Of a stretch of 64,000 nucleotides of DNA, positions 38,786 to 51,319 are shown in pieces. The stretch comes from Squalus acanthias (Eukaryota). Every line of letters begins with the position of its first letter. The first letter of the stretch is position 1. The translations under genes were made by a program, and so were the position numbers. Below the pieces are notes generated by a model that saw nothing but the letters and a program-made list of their open reading frames with translations, made no database searches and was not told the DNA's origin. The stretch spans positions 95,110,001-95,174,000 of the forward strand of contig CM059431.1 of the NCBI GenBank assembly GCA_030390025.1. The letters run 5' to 3'.

Positions 38786-39649
38786 CCCCTTGCCTCTTTC
38801 TGAGCTGTATCATTCTATGATTCTATGATCACTTTTGTTAAAAATTTACTTACACTGGAATGGACAATCCCTAACTTTTTCTGGCAAGTTTAGTCCGTAT
38901 CTAACTTCACGCTGTTCCATGTATTTGAACGGTGAGACTTTCGGCAAGATACCATTATCGCACAGCTTTTGGAGGTGCAGGGAAACTCTGACAGAAATTT
39001 CCTGATTTCTGCATTTAAGCATGCATGTGCAGTCACCGGAAGTTGCTGTCCAATTTCCACATAAATAACAGTGAGTGCTGTTAGCCTCAACCTTATTTCT
39101 AACGCAAAATCCGGCCCTTTATTGTAGCAGAGTTCTGCAGCCAAGCATGGACTCCTAAAAGAGCCAAGTGTGCAGGGGATAGCCCTTGTCTCCACAACAG
39201 GCAATGCTGTACTAGCTGCCACAGCTGGCTGCAGATCTTCTAATAGGATGTGACCCAACTTTGTGACAACGTCCCTGGAGAGTCGAAGCCTTCTTATGCA
39301 GCGCAACTCAGAGAACTACAGGCTTGTTCTGGGCCTATAAATTCTGTTGGGAAGCCAAGGATTCCTCCAAGTATGCCTCCTTTTATTTTTTCTTCCTCCA
39401 GCTGCAGCTCTGTTTGTTCCTTCCTCCTGCTCCTTCTCCTCTCCGTTCCCCAGAGTGATATTCCTCGAAGGAGCCCCACCAAGAAATAACTGAAAATGCC
39501 AGAAGCCTCTTAACAGTTTGGAACCTACTGTAGCTAGTACCAACACTTTCAAATCCTTTAAGGTCAGAAAACACACAAACATACAAGAGAAATGTTTCCA
39601 AAAGCTCTATACAGTTTTGAAGTGGGCTTTGGGGGATAGATAGCATCAT

Positions 39650-39985
39650 CTGCAGTGACGATCGAGAGTCCAGAAGGGCATGTTGCCAATTGGTGCCAGG
39701 GTAAGTGACAGCTCGATGTGGCTAGAAAGGAATTTCGAAAGGGAGGAATAAGATCCAGCTGTCGTATTCCATGTCGGGACCAATGACATAGGAAAGAACA
39801 GGGAGGAGGTTCTGCTGAGAGAGTATCAGGAGACAGGAGCTAAATTAAAAGGCAGGCCCTCGAGGGTAATAACCTTGGGATTATTACCCGAGCCACGTGC
39901 AAATTGGCATAAGGACAAAAAGATTGGAAAGTTAACATGTGACTGAAGGATGGGTGTAGGAAAGAATGGTTTCATTTCATGGGAC
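39650..39985 (+). mobile_element. CR1 ORF1 esterase fragment
   Basis: Reads DPAVVFHVGTNDIGK...LLPEPRA, homologous to 19955-20330. Confidence 0.8.
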
Positions 39986-40402
39986 TGTTAGGGAATGGAT
40001 GTTCATACTTATAAGTTTATAAGTTATTCCACACAATAATAAGGAATTTATTAGCTTTCATAGGAATTAAGCATACAATGATAACCATTACTAATAATAA
40101 TTGCACATATACCTGAGACACTTATGGTACCATGTATTGGAGAATTCACCATGTCACAGATTTTGAGCTCGAGAAAATCGACTGGACAAGCCTTTCCGAA
40201 TTCTGAAGGATCTGTTGTAACATTACTCTTTTTATAGCAATCTTTCACTTTGGCTACGTGAGGATTCGCATGTCTCAAAGTATTACCTCATCCTGTTATT
40301 CACTTAATGAATTTCAGTTTTAACAAGAAGGCCTCCCATACACCTTATCAAGGCTTTATCTTGACTGAGTTGTCAATCATATCGTTCAACTGAAGACAGT
40401 TA
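39986..40402 (-). mobile_element. Probable LTR, 5' part missing
   Basis: On minus: TATAAAAA (40229-40236), AATAAA (40047-40052), ends ...CCCTAACA exactly where the CR1 ORF1 fragment stops; no TSD visible. Confidence 0.55.
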
Positions 40403-40790
40403 CATAGGAACAGGAGTAGGTCATTCATCCCCTCAAGCCTGTACCGCCATTTGATTAGATCATGGATGATCTGTATCTTAACTCCATCTACCCACCTTGG
40501 TTCGATAACACTGAATATGCTTGCCTAACAAAAATCTATCAATCCCAGTTTTGAAATTTTCAATTAACCTAGTCTCAACAGCTTTTTGAGAGAGAGAGTT
40601 TCAGATTTCCAATACCCTTTGTGTGAAGAAGTGCTTCCTAACATCACCCCTGAACTGCCTAGCTCTAATTTTAAGGATATTCCCCTATGTGTTGGACTCC
40701 CCAAACAAAGAAATTGTTTCTATCTACCCTATAAAATCATTTAATCATCTTAAATACCTCAATTAGATCACCCCTTAATCTTCTATAAAT

Positions 40791-40915
40791 GTGAGAAGTT
40801 GCACAACAGGTTATAGTCCAACAGTTTTATTTGAAATCACAAGCTTTCGGAGCTGCTGCCCCTTCGTCAGGTGAAGTGAAGAGATACATATAGGCACAGC
40901 ATATATAGTCAGAGA
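40791..40915 (-). mobile_element. Penelope pLTR fragment
   Basis: Reverse complement closely matches 42172-42265. Confidence 0.85.
40837..40874 (-). ncRNA. Minimal type I hammerhead ribozyme motif
   Basis: TCAC-CTGACGA-A-GGGGC-AGCA-GCTCC-GAAA-GC-TT-GTGA on minus. Confidence 0.75.
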
Positions 40916-41684
40916 ACACAAGGGAATACTAGCCTAGTCTATGCAACATGTCCTAATTTAACCTTTATAGGCCCAGTATTATTCTGGTGAATCTGCGCTG
41001 CATCCGCTACAAAGCCAATATATCCTTCCTGAGGTGCAGTGCCTAGAACTGAATACAGTGACTCCAGATGGGGGTCTAACCAGAACATTATATAACTGTA
41101 ACATAACATCTACCCTATTGTATTCCAGCCCCCTTGAGATAAAGGCCAAAATTACGTTAGCATTTTTAATTTTCAATTGACCTCAGCCTCAACAGCTTTT
41201 TGGGGGAAAGAGTACCAGATTTCCACTACCCTTTGTGTGAAGAAGTGCTTTCTGACATCACAACTAAATGGCCTAGCTCTAATTTTAAGGTTATCATAGA
41301 ATCATAGGATGATACAGCACAGGAGGAGGTCATTCGGCCCATCGTGCCTGAGTCGGCTCTTTGGTGAGCTATACAATTAGTCCCATTCCCCGGCTTATTC
41401 CTCATGGCCCTGTAAATATTTTCCCTTCAAGTTCATCTAATTCTTTTTTGAAAGTTACTATTGAATTTGATTCCACCACCCTTTCAGGCAGTGTTTTCTA
41501 GATCACAACAACTTGCTGCTTAAAAAAATGTTTCCTCATGTCGCCTCTGGTTCATTTGCCAAGCACCTTCTTAAAGTGTGGTGCCCATAATTAAACACAA
41601 TACTCTAGCTGAGGCCTAACCAGTGTTTTATAAAGGTTTAGCATAACTTCCTTGTTTTTGTACTCTATTCCTCTATTAATAAAG

Positions 41685-42272
41685 GTGAGAAGTCGCACAA
41701 CACCAGGTTATAGTCCAACAGTTTTATTTGAAACCACAAGCTTTCGGAGCGCTGCTCCTTCGTCAGGCTGATAGCCAAGTTCCGCACTAATGAAGACGGT
41801 CTCAATCGGGATCTTGGGTTTATGTCACGATACATGACGTGATCCGGACTCGAGTCGTCGTTAGCTTGTTCACAGATGTGATTCCCAGTAAAAAAGTAAA
41901 AATTTTCCCAGTAAAAAAGTAAAAAAATTTTAAAGCTTTTCGTTTTACATACAGACGGCAGCTTTTGACACGTTAGAACCCCTGCGACTACACCTCATTG
42001 TCTCAGTTGTATCTTGCTATGTCTTTGATGTGGTACCTTCCTGGCTGACTTAATTAACTTTATCACACCTCGGCAGATAGTCAGGATGATTTAATTTATT
42101 GGTCTGCAATTGTAAAGTACACATGCTTTGTTTTCTATCTATATATGCTTTGGCGATTCTGTATCTAATTTACTTCACCTGAGGAAGGAGCAATCGATAG
42201 CTCCGAAAGCTTGTGATTTCAAATAAAACTGTTGGACTATAACCTGGTGTTGTGCGACCTCTCAATTTTGTC
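41685..42272 (+). mobile_element. 5'-truncated Penelope-like element with inverted pLTR piece (41685-41767)
   Basis: 41768-41842 encodes LIAKFRTNEDGLNRDLGFMSRYMT* (GLN motif of PLE GIY-YIG C-termini); 3' pLTR 42172-42272; inverted copy at the 5' end. Confidence 0.9.
42175..42216 (+). ncRNA. Minimal type I hammerhead ribozyme motif
   Basis: TCAC-CTGAGGA-A-GGAGC-AATCGATA-GCTCC-GAAA-GC-TT-GTGA. Confidence 0.8.
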
Positions 42273-43092
42273 TGCACATTTCACCAGTTTGTCTATGTCC
42301 TCCTGAAGTCTTATTATCTTTCTAATTATTTTCTATATTTCCAAGATATGTGTCATCTGAAAACTTTGAAAATGTGTCTTGTATACCCAAGCCCAGGTCA
42401 TTAATATATATCAAAAAGAGCAGTGGTCCTAATACCGACCCCCGGAAACATCACTGTATACTTCCCTCAGTCTGAAAAACAACTGTTCACCACTACTCTC
42501 TACTTAGCCAATTTCATATCCATGCTGCCACTGTCCCTTTAATCACATGGGCTTTAATTTTGCTAACAATCTATGATGTGGCACTTTGTCAAACGCTATT
42601 TGGAAGTCCATATACAGAACATCAACCGCACTAACCTCATGAAATCTCTCCGTTACTTCATCAGAGACTGCCAACCATTTAAGTACATCCTCTTTATCTA
42701 ATATTATCCTATCCAACATCGCTACTACCCCCTCCTTTACTGCTACATTGGCAGCATCCTCTTCTCTAGTGAAGCCAGATGCAAAGTACTCATTTAGTAC
42801 CTCAGCCATGCCCTCTGCCTCCACAAGATTTCCTTTATGGTCCCTAATCGGCCCCACCTTTCCTTTCATTACCCTTTACTATTTATATGTTTATAAAAGA
42901 CTTTTGTGTTCCTTTTTATGTTACCCGCTAATTTATGCTCATACTCTCTTGCTGTTAGCCTCACTGGTTATTCCTATCTTAAAATTCAGGCCATATCTTT
43001 AGTCATCCAAGTAGTTCTAGCTTCAGATGCCCTTTCCTTTCGCCCTCATGAGAATGTGTCCATTCTATACCCGAACCATCTCATCTTTGAAG

Positions 43093-44030
43093 AACATAAG
43101 AATTAGGAGCAGGAGTAGGCCATACGGCCCTTCAAGCCTGCTCCGCCATTCACTAAAATTATGGCTGATCTTCGACCTCAACTCCGCTTTCCCGCCCGAT
43201 CCCCATATCGCTTGATTCCCCTAGAGTCCAAAAATCTATCTATCTCAGCCTTGAATATACTCAACGATAGAGACTCCACAGCCCTTTAGGGTACAGAATT
43301 CCAAAGATTCACAACCCTCTGAGTAAATAAATTCCTCCTCATCTCAGTCTTAAATGGCCAACCCTTTATCCTGTGACTATGCCCCCTATTTCTAGCCTCT
43401 CCAGCCAGGGGAAACAACCTCTCAGCATCTACCCAGTCAATCCCCCTCAGAATCTTATATGTTTCAATGAGATCACCTCTCATTCTTCTAAACTCCAGAA
43501 AGTATAGGCCCAATCTACTCAAACTCTCCTCATAGGAATACCCTCTCAATACCCTCTCATCCAGGGATCAATCCAGTGAACCTTCGTTGCACCACCTCCA
43601 AGGCATGTATGTCCTTTTTCAGATAAGGAGACCAAAACTGTGCACAGTACTCCAGGTGTGGTCTCACCAAGGCCCTGTACAATTGTAGTAAGACTTCCTT
43701 ACTCTTGTACTCCAACCCCCTTGCAATAATGGGCAACATGCCATTTGCCTTCCTAATTGCTTGCTGTACCTGCATGCTAACTTTCTATGTTTCCTGTACA
43801 AGGACACCTAAATCTCTCTGTACACCAACATTTAATAGTTTCTCACCATTTAAAAATATTCTGTTTTTCTATTCTTCCTACCAAAGTGAAAAACCTCACA
43901 TTTACCCACATTATACTCCATCTGCCACCTTCTTGCCCACTCACTTAACCTGTCTATATCCTTTTGCAGGCTCTTTGTGTCCTCCTCACAGCTTACTTTC
44001 CCACCTAGCTTTGTATCATCAGCAAACTTA
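43093..44030 (-). mobile_element. 5'-truncated CR1
   Basis: Tail aacataagaa; RPHLEYCAQFWSP; begins near FADDTK. Confidence 0.92.
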
Positions 44031-44296
44031 GGTATTCTATGATTCTAATTACTTAACTAGGTGTCGTGTGTGATTCACGTGCCGCAGTGTCCAGAAACCA
44101 CTTCCTCCTGACATCACTTTTGACAGCAGGAAATACACTATATTATTAGCTGTCAAAGCACCCACAGTAAGGCACATAATAATTTCTACCCTGATTTGTC
44201 CTTCATGACTAAAACATCCTCTGCCGATGATTCTCCATTATGCATGGCTAATGGGTCAGGTCCTCTCTGTTACCATTATTAAGACAACCTTACCAT

Positions 44297-44855
44297 GTCA
44301 GCTTGGTTCAGTTGGCAACACTCTTGTCTCTGACATAGAAGGTTGTGAGTCCAGTCCCAGTGTAGACCTGGCTATCTAATTTCAATACAGGACTGGAGGT
44401 GCCATCTTTTGGATGAGACATTATGCTGACATCCTGGCTGCCTGTTCAAGTGGGCACAAAAGATTTGTGACACGAATCAAAGAAGTAGCAAGCAGTTCTC
44501 CTAGCATCCTGGCCAACATTCAACCCTCAACCAACACCACCAAAAGCATAGTGGGGTAATTTTACAAGTTCGTGATGTCAGCAGAGGGCAGCACGAATCG
44601 GATATGCGGGGGCACAATGGAAGCCCAATTTGCTGATTTGCACTGCGAGTGGACAAGGCTCCCTGGAAGCAGTATGGACTGAAAATTATCCCAATTAATT
44701 GATCATTCATTTGCTGGCTGTGGGACCTTGCTGAAGGCAAATTGGCTGCCACATTTGCCTACATATCAAAAGTTCAAAAGTACTTCATTAGTTGTGAAGT
44801 GCTTTAGCACATCCTGAAGATATGAACAAAACTATATAAATAAAAGTTCTTTCTT
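44297..44855 (+). mobile_element. Near full-length DeuSINE (SacSINE1-like), diverged
   Basis: tRNA-like head (tggttcagttgg), central ggaggtgccatcttttggatgagac...tcctggccaacattcaaccctcaacc, TTCT tail; family name from recall. Confidence 0.75.
44553..44692. mobile_element. 140-bp Harbinger-type MITE inside the SINE
   Basis: TIR GGGGTAATTTT / rc GGGATAATTTT; flanks AGT/AAT. Confidence 0.7.
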
Positions 44856-45029
44856 ACATAATGCTCCTTACATTGCCACTGCTGGTGGTAATGTAAAGAG
44901 CACTGTGTAAAATTGTTGGTTTCGATACAAAACTGCACTGTAACATACAATTTGCCACATTCCTGGGCCATGTATCCTTGGAGCTCTTTAGTTGATCATA
45001 TTTTGTAAATGAGTGGGCCAAAATGATTA

Positions 45030-45290
45030 CCCTACCCTCCATTTCTTCATTCCAAAGGGACTGTTCCCTCTGGGACATCTTGGTCCATTCTTCAATCACC
45101 CCCAACACCCGGTCCCCTTCTCACGGTACCTTCCCATGCAAGCGCAGAAGATGCAACACTTGCCCTTTCACCTCCTCCCTTCCCACCATCCAGGGTCCAA
45201 AACACTGCTTCCAGGTGAAACAGCGATTTACTTGCACTTCTTTTAATTTAGTATAATGTATTCACTGCTCATGATGTAGTCTCCTCTACA
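45030..45290 (+). mobile_element. Penelope-like element (second family), piece 1: linker + GIY-YIG N-half
   Basis: GTFPCKRRRCNTC...FTCTSFNLV*CIHCS*CSLLY. Confidence 0.88.
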
Positions 45291-45300
45291 TAGAGTCATA

Positions 45301-46190
45301 GGGGGAAAAATTTGGTTGCTTTGCGCCTCCCGTTAGCGCCCTAACAGGGCGCTAATGGGGCGCAAAGCAACTAGCACCCGGGCGCGGCAATGTTTGCGCC
45401 GCTCGCGAAATTAACCAGACATTTTGCGGCAGTGCTAAACACTACTGCCATGATCTCCTGCGCCCGCAGATCGTGACATCAGCCGAGCGTGCAACGCCCC
45501 GGTAATGCCCTGGACCAGCTATTGAGTGGCGCCCCCTGCCTTACTGCCTACCGCTAGCAACGACAAGTTGAGGGGAGCGTTTTGCAGTCAGGAAGGGACT
45601 GGGGGAGCGCTATTTAAAGGCGACCAGCTTCCTGCCTTTTTTTGTCGGCGACATTTTTGCACCACGCATTCTGAGAGAGAGAAAGAGACTTCTGGAGAGA
45701 TTCAACGCTGTGTGAAGGAGTTTTGGGTACTGAGCAGCACTTTGCAGGTTCATTTTGATTTGACCTTCTTTGCATTGATTTAGAAGAGGCTATGGGGGCT
45801 GTACTCTGAGCTCTTTCCCTGGGCCTCTCAATTGTTCTTTCCAGAAGAATTGATGTACAGGTCTCTCCAGGCCGAGATTCAAGGCTGCAATGAGAAGGGT
45901 GTGGATGGAGAGCAAGATCGACACTCCCCTTTAAGAACTGGCCGGCGCCAGTGTGTCTGTGTTCCATTGCCGACTGACATCACATAAGCTTCACCAGCGC
46001 TCTAAGGTAACGTCTCGCTCCTTGGCATTACCGCCTTAAGAGAGGTGTGTAGCGCCTGATTTAGCGCTCCAATCACCTCCAGGGGCGATAGAAGCCAAGT
46101 TTGCAGTCAGAGGCGATAATTAGCGGCAGGCGCTAAACTTTGTGCCCGGCCGATAATTGCGCCCCAAACGGGGCGATACTAAATTTCTCC
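45301..46190. mobile_element. Harbinger-type MITE (family B), right end clipped
   Basis: GGGGGAAAAATTTGG ... CTAAATTTCTCC; TAGCGCC/GGCGCTA subterminal repeats; ends resemble 61939-62719 in inverse orientation. Confidence 0.78.
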
Positions 46191-48087
46191 ATTCGGCCCA
46201 TCGAGTCTATGCCGACTCTCCGTAGAGCAATCCAGTCATTTCCATTCCCCTGGTCTATCCCCGTAGCCCTGCAAGTTTATTTCCCTCAAGTGCCTATCCA
46301 GTCTCCCCTTGAAAACATTGAGTGTCTACACTTCTAACACTTCCGTTGGCTGTGAGTTCCAGGTCCTCACCACTCGCTGCGTAAAAATATTTTTCCTCAC
46401 ATCCCCACTGTATCTTTTGCCCAAAACTTTAAATCTGTGTCCCCTAGTCCTTCTACCATCAACTAGTGGGAACAGCATTTCCCTGTCTAGCCTATCCAAA
46501 CCCTTTATAAACTTGTACACCTCTATCAAATCACCCCTCAATCTCATTTGCTCTAATGAAAACAAATCCAGCTTCTCCAACCTGTCCTTGTAGCTAAGAT
46601 CGCACATCCCCGGAACCATTCTGGTAAATCACTTTTGCACCCTCTCAAGGGCCTTCACATCCTTCCTAAAGTGTGATGACCAGAACTGAACGCAATACTC
46701 CAGTTGTGGCCTAACCAGTGCTTTATAAAGGTTCAGCATAACTTCTCTACTTTTGAACTCAATACCTCTATTTATGAAAACCAAGATCCCATATGCTTTG
46801 CTAACCACTCTCTCAATATGTCCTGCCACCTTCAGGGACCTCTGCACATTAACTCCCAGGTCCCTCCGTCCCTGCACACTCTTTAAAACTGTGCCATTAA
46901 ATGTATATTGCCTCTCCCTGTTCCTTCTGCCAAAATGCATCACCTCACACTTCTCTGTATTAAATTCCATCTGCCACTTGTCTGCCCATTCTGCTAGCCT
47001 TTCTATGTCCTGTTGCAGTTGATTGGTATCATTCTCACTGTTTGCCACACCCCCAAGTTTGGTGTCATCAGCAAATTCAGAAATTCTACTTTGTATTCCA
47101 ATATCCAGGTCATTTATATATATCAAAAAAAGCAGTAGCCCCAGCACTGACCCTTGGGGAATACCACTGTCTACCATCATCCAGTCTGAAAAACAGCCAT
47201 TTACCACAACTCGCTGTTTTCTGTCCTTAAGCCAATTCCTTATCCAAGCTGCCACTGATCCATCTATTCCATGAGCCTCAATTTTGTTAACCAGTCTTCT
47301 ATGTGATACTTTGTCAGATGCCTTCCTAAAATCCATGTCGACAACATCCATTGCATTCCCTTCATCGATCCTCCCTGTTACTTCATCAAAAAATTCAATT
47401 AGATTAGTCAAACACGATCTGCCTTTTACAAATCCGTGTTGGCTCTCCTTAATTAGCTTAAATATCTCTAAGTGCCCGTTAATTTTTTCCTTGATTATTG
47501 TTTCTAAAACTTTACCCACCACTGATGTTAAACTGACCGGCCTGTAGTTAGTAGGATTGTCCTTATACCCTTTCTTGAACAATGGTTTCACATTTGCCAC
47601 TTTCCAATCCTCAGGCACCTACCCCGCATCTAGGGAAGATTGGAAAATTATGGCAAGCTCTTCCGCTATCTCCTCCCCCAAATCCCTTAGCAATCTGGGA
47701 TGCAAGCCATCTGGTCCAGGTGACTTACCCACTCTAAGCATACCCAGCCTTTCTCGTACATCCTGTCTATCAATTTTCACCCCTTCCATTGCTTCTACCT
47801 TTTCCTTAGTGAACACCGATACAAATGACTCATTGAGTATTCTAGCCTTGCCCTGCCCCTCTAAGCATATAACACCTTCTATGTCGCTAATAGTCCCCAC
47901 CCTGCCTCTTACTACCCATTTACTGTTTACATGCTGATAGAAGATTTTTGGGTTCCCTTTTATGTTAACCGCCATTCTATTCTCACATTCTCTCTTTGCC
48001 AATCTTATTTTCATCTTCACTTCCCCTCTCAACTTATTGTATTTGGTCTGGTTCTCCCTTGAAGAATTCACCTGACATACATCATAC

Positions 48088-48535
48088 ATCCGGGGATGGG
48101 GGAATCTTAGCTACAAGGACACGTTGGAGAAGTTGGATTTGTTTTCATTAGAGCAAAGGAGGTTGAGGGGTGATTTGATGGAGGTGTACAAGATTATGAC
48201 GGGTTTGGATAGGCTAGATGGGGAAAGGCTGTTCCCACTAGTTGATGGTACAAGGACTAGGGGACACAGATTTATGGTTTTGGGCAAGAGATACAGGGGG
48301 GATGTGAGGAAAAACTTTTTTACGCAGCGAGTGATGACTCGCTGCCGACGGAAGTGGTGGAAGCGGACACACTCAATGTTTTCAAGGGGAGACTGGATAG
48401 GCACTTGAGGGAAATAAACTTGTTGGGCTCCGGGGATAGAGTGGGGGAATGGGACTGACTCAATTGCTCTGCAGAGAGCTGGCACGGACTTGATGGGCCG
48501 AATGGCCTCCTTCTGTGCCGTTATGACTCTGTGAC
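48088..48535 (+). mobile_element. Short CR1 3' fragment nested antisense in CR1
   Basis: LFSLEQRRLRGDL...TRTRGH...NFFTQRV; tail atgactctgtgac. Confidence 0.9.
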
Positions 48536-48858
48536 CCTCTTTTTTTGTTTCATCATCTTCCCTATCTCCCTCGTCATCCAAGGAGCCCTTACTTGGTTCC
48601 CTTACCCTTCCCTCTTGTTGGAATGTACCTAGCCTGTACTTGGAACATCTCCTCCTTAAAGATCACCCATTGTTCTGTTACAGTTTTTCCTGTCAGTCTT
48701 TGGTTCCATTTTAACATGGCTAGATCCTTTCACATCCCATTGAAGTTAGCCCTATTCCAGTTTAGAAGTTCCACTCTAGATTGTTCCTTGCTCCTCTCCA
48801 TTGCTAATCTAAATCTTATGATACGATGATCACTTGTACTCAAGTGTTCTCCCACAGA

Positions 48859-49263
48859 CATTGGGGAGACCAAACTCAGATTGGGTGATCATTTTGCTGT
48901 AGACGTTCGTTCAGTCTGCAAGCATGATCCCGATCTTCCGGTCGCTTGCAATTTTAATTCACTGCCCCACTCCCACTCTGACCTCTCTGTCCTCAGCCTT
49001 CTGCATTGTTCCAATGAAGCTCAACGGAAGCTCGAGGAACAGCATCTCATATTTCGATTAGGCACTTAAGCCTTCCGGACTCAACACTGAATTCAACAAT
49101 TTCAGATCATAACCACTGTTCCAATTTTTCAGATAGCACATGCTGGTAATGATTCTGCTGTTACCATTTACAGCTCCTCTGGACGCATCTTTTATTACTT
49201 TACTTGTTCCTTTACCACTCCCTTTCTGCCTTGCACCATCATCCCTTTTGTCATTTAATCACT
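48859..49263 (+). mobile_element. Penelope-like element piece 2: GIY-YIG C-half + 3' UTR
   Basis: IGETKLRLGDHFA...PVACNFN...RKLEEQHLIFRLGT, continuing piece 1. Confidence 0.88.
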
Positions 49264-51319
49264 CATAAGAACGTAAGAAATAGGAGCAGGAGGATTCCAT
49301 TCGGCCCCTCGAGCCTGCTCCACCATTCAATAAGATCATGGCTGATCTTCTACCTCATCTCCACTTTCCTGCACTATCCCCAGATCCTTTAATTCCCTTA
49401 ATATCCAAAAATCTATCAGTCTCTGTCTGGAATATACTCAATGACTGAGCCTCCACAGCCCTCTGGGGTAGAGAATTCCAAAGATTCACCACCCTTTGAG
49501 TGAAGAAATTTCTCCTCATCTCAGTCCTAAATGGCTGACCCCTTATTCTGAGACTGTGACCCCTAGTTCTAGACTCCCCAGCCAGGGGAAATATCCGCCC
49601 TGCATCTAAACTCCAGAGAATATAGGCCTAGTCTACTCAATCTCTACTCATAGGACAATCCCTCCATCCCAGGAATCAGTCTGGTGAACCTTTGTTGCAC
49701 TCCCTCTATGGCAAGTATATCCTTCCTTAGGTAAGGAGACCAAAACTGTACACAATATTCCAGGTGTTGTCTCACCAGGGCCCTATATAATTGCAGTAAG
49801 ATGTCTTTACTCAAATCCTTATGTAATAAAGACCAACATACCATTTGCTTTCTTAATTGCTTGCTGTACCTGCATGTTAACTTTCAGTGATTTGTGTACA
49901 AGAACACCCAGGTCCCTCTGAACACCAACATTTCCCAAACTTTCACCATTTAAAAAATACCCTGTTTTTCTATTTTTCCGACCAAAGTGGATAACTTCAC
50001 ATTTCTCCACATTATATTCCATTTGCCATGTTCTTGCCCACTCACTTAGCCTGTCTATATCCCCTTGAAGCCTCTTTGCATCCGCCTCTTAACTTACATT
50101 CCCATCTAGCTTTGTATCATCAGCAAACTTGGATATATTACATTTGGTCCCCTCACCCAAATCATTGATTAGATTGTGAAAAGCTGAGACCCAAGCACTG
50201 ATCTTTGCGGTACCCCACTAGTTATAGCCTGCCAACCCGAAAATGACCAGTTTATTCCTACCCTCTATTTTCTGTCTGTTAACCAATCCTCAATCCATGC
50301 TAATATATTACCCCCAATCCCATGGGCCCTAATTTTGTTTAATAACCTCTTGTGTGGCACCTTATCGAATGCCTTCTGAAATCCAAATACACCACATCCA
50401 CTGGTTCCCCCTTATCTATTCTGTTAGTTACAACCTCAAAAAACTCTAACAGATTCGTCAAACATGATTTCCCTTTCATAAATTCATGTTGACTCTGCCC
50501 AATCCTGTTATTATTTTCTAAGTGCCCTGTTATCGCGTCCTTAATAATAGATTCTAGCATTTTCACTACTATTGATGTCAGGCTAACTGGTCTGTAGTTC
50601 CCCGTTTTCTCTGCCCCTACTTTCTTAATTAGTGGGGTTACATTTGCTACCTTCCAATCCATGGGAACTGTTCTAGAATCAATGGAATTTTGGAAGATGA
50701 CAACCAATGCATCCACTATCTCTATAACCACCTCTTTCAAAACCCTAGGATGTAGGACATCAGGTCCAGGGGATTTATTGGCTTTCAGTCTCATTAAATT
50801 CTCCAGTACTATTTTTTTTACTAATTTCTTTCAGTTCCTCATCCTCGCTAGACCCTTGGTTCTCCTTTATTTCCAGGAGGTTTTTTGCGTCTTCTTCCGT
50901 GAAGACAGACACAAAATATTTGTTTAATTTCTCAGCCATTTCCTTATTCCCCATTTTAATTTCTCCTGTCTCAGCCTGTAAGGGACCCACATTTACTTTC
51001 ACTAATCTTTTCCTTTTTACATACCTATAGAAGCTTTTACCGTCTGTTTTTATGTCTCTCGCTCGTTTACTCTCATATTCTGTTTTCCCTTTCTTTATCA
51101 ATTTCTTGGTCCTCCTTTGCTGAATTCTAAAATCTTCCCAATCCTCAGGCTTACTGCTCTTTTTGGCAACATGATAAGCCTCTTCCTTTGATCTAATACT
51201 ACCTTTAACTTCTCTTGTTAGCCATGGTTGGACCACTTTTCCTGTGGGGTTTTTGTGACTTAAAGGAATGTATATTTGTTGTAAATTATGTATTAATTAT
51301 TTAACTGCTAGCCATTGCC
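49264..51319 (-). mobile_element. 5'-truncated disrupted CR1
   Basis: cataagaac tail; KSPGPD, NYRPVSLTS, LEYCVQFWSP. Confidence 0.93.

Larger units (their letters stand above)
36594..39117. mobile_element. Harbinger-type MITE interrupted by a LINE and a CR1 tail
   Basis: TIR GAGACGGATTTTGCG / rc GGGCCGGATTTTGCG; flanks CTT/TTT; subterminal GCATGCATGTGCAG..CCGGAAGT as in family A. Confidence 0.8.
31240..39650. mobile_element. Old two-gene Harbinger host element: Myb/SANT-like gene on + (~31300-32720) and transposase on - (pieces ~35150-35487 and ~39120-39482), heavily invaded
   Basis: EKMAHHRRE...LTPIEEAAIDII after an acceptor; minus strand CIRRLRLSRDVVTKLGHILLEDLQP...ALPV, GSF and ICCML parallel the transposase at 51320-52470; termini not found. 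Confidence 0.65.
40403..41293 (-). mobile_element. Old CR1 3' fragments (one partly duplicated at ~41170-41293), interrupted by a Penelope terminus
   Basis: cataggaacaggagtagg tail; NANVILAFISRGLEY. Confidence 0.8.
41294..43090 (-). mobile_element. Decayed CR1 ORF2 + 3' end interrupted by a Penelope insertion
   Basis: CATAGAAT tail at 41294; LNEYFASGFT, MDFQIAFDKVPH. Confidence 0.85.
45289..48860 (-). mobile_element. CR1 ORF2 + 3' end inserted in the Penelope element, itself interrupted twice
   Basis: CATAGAGT tail at 45289; 329-aa RT frame 46629-47618 with PQGSVLG and FADDTK. Confidence 0.92.
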
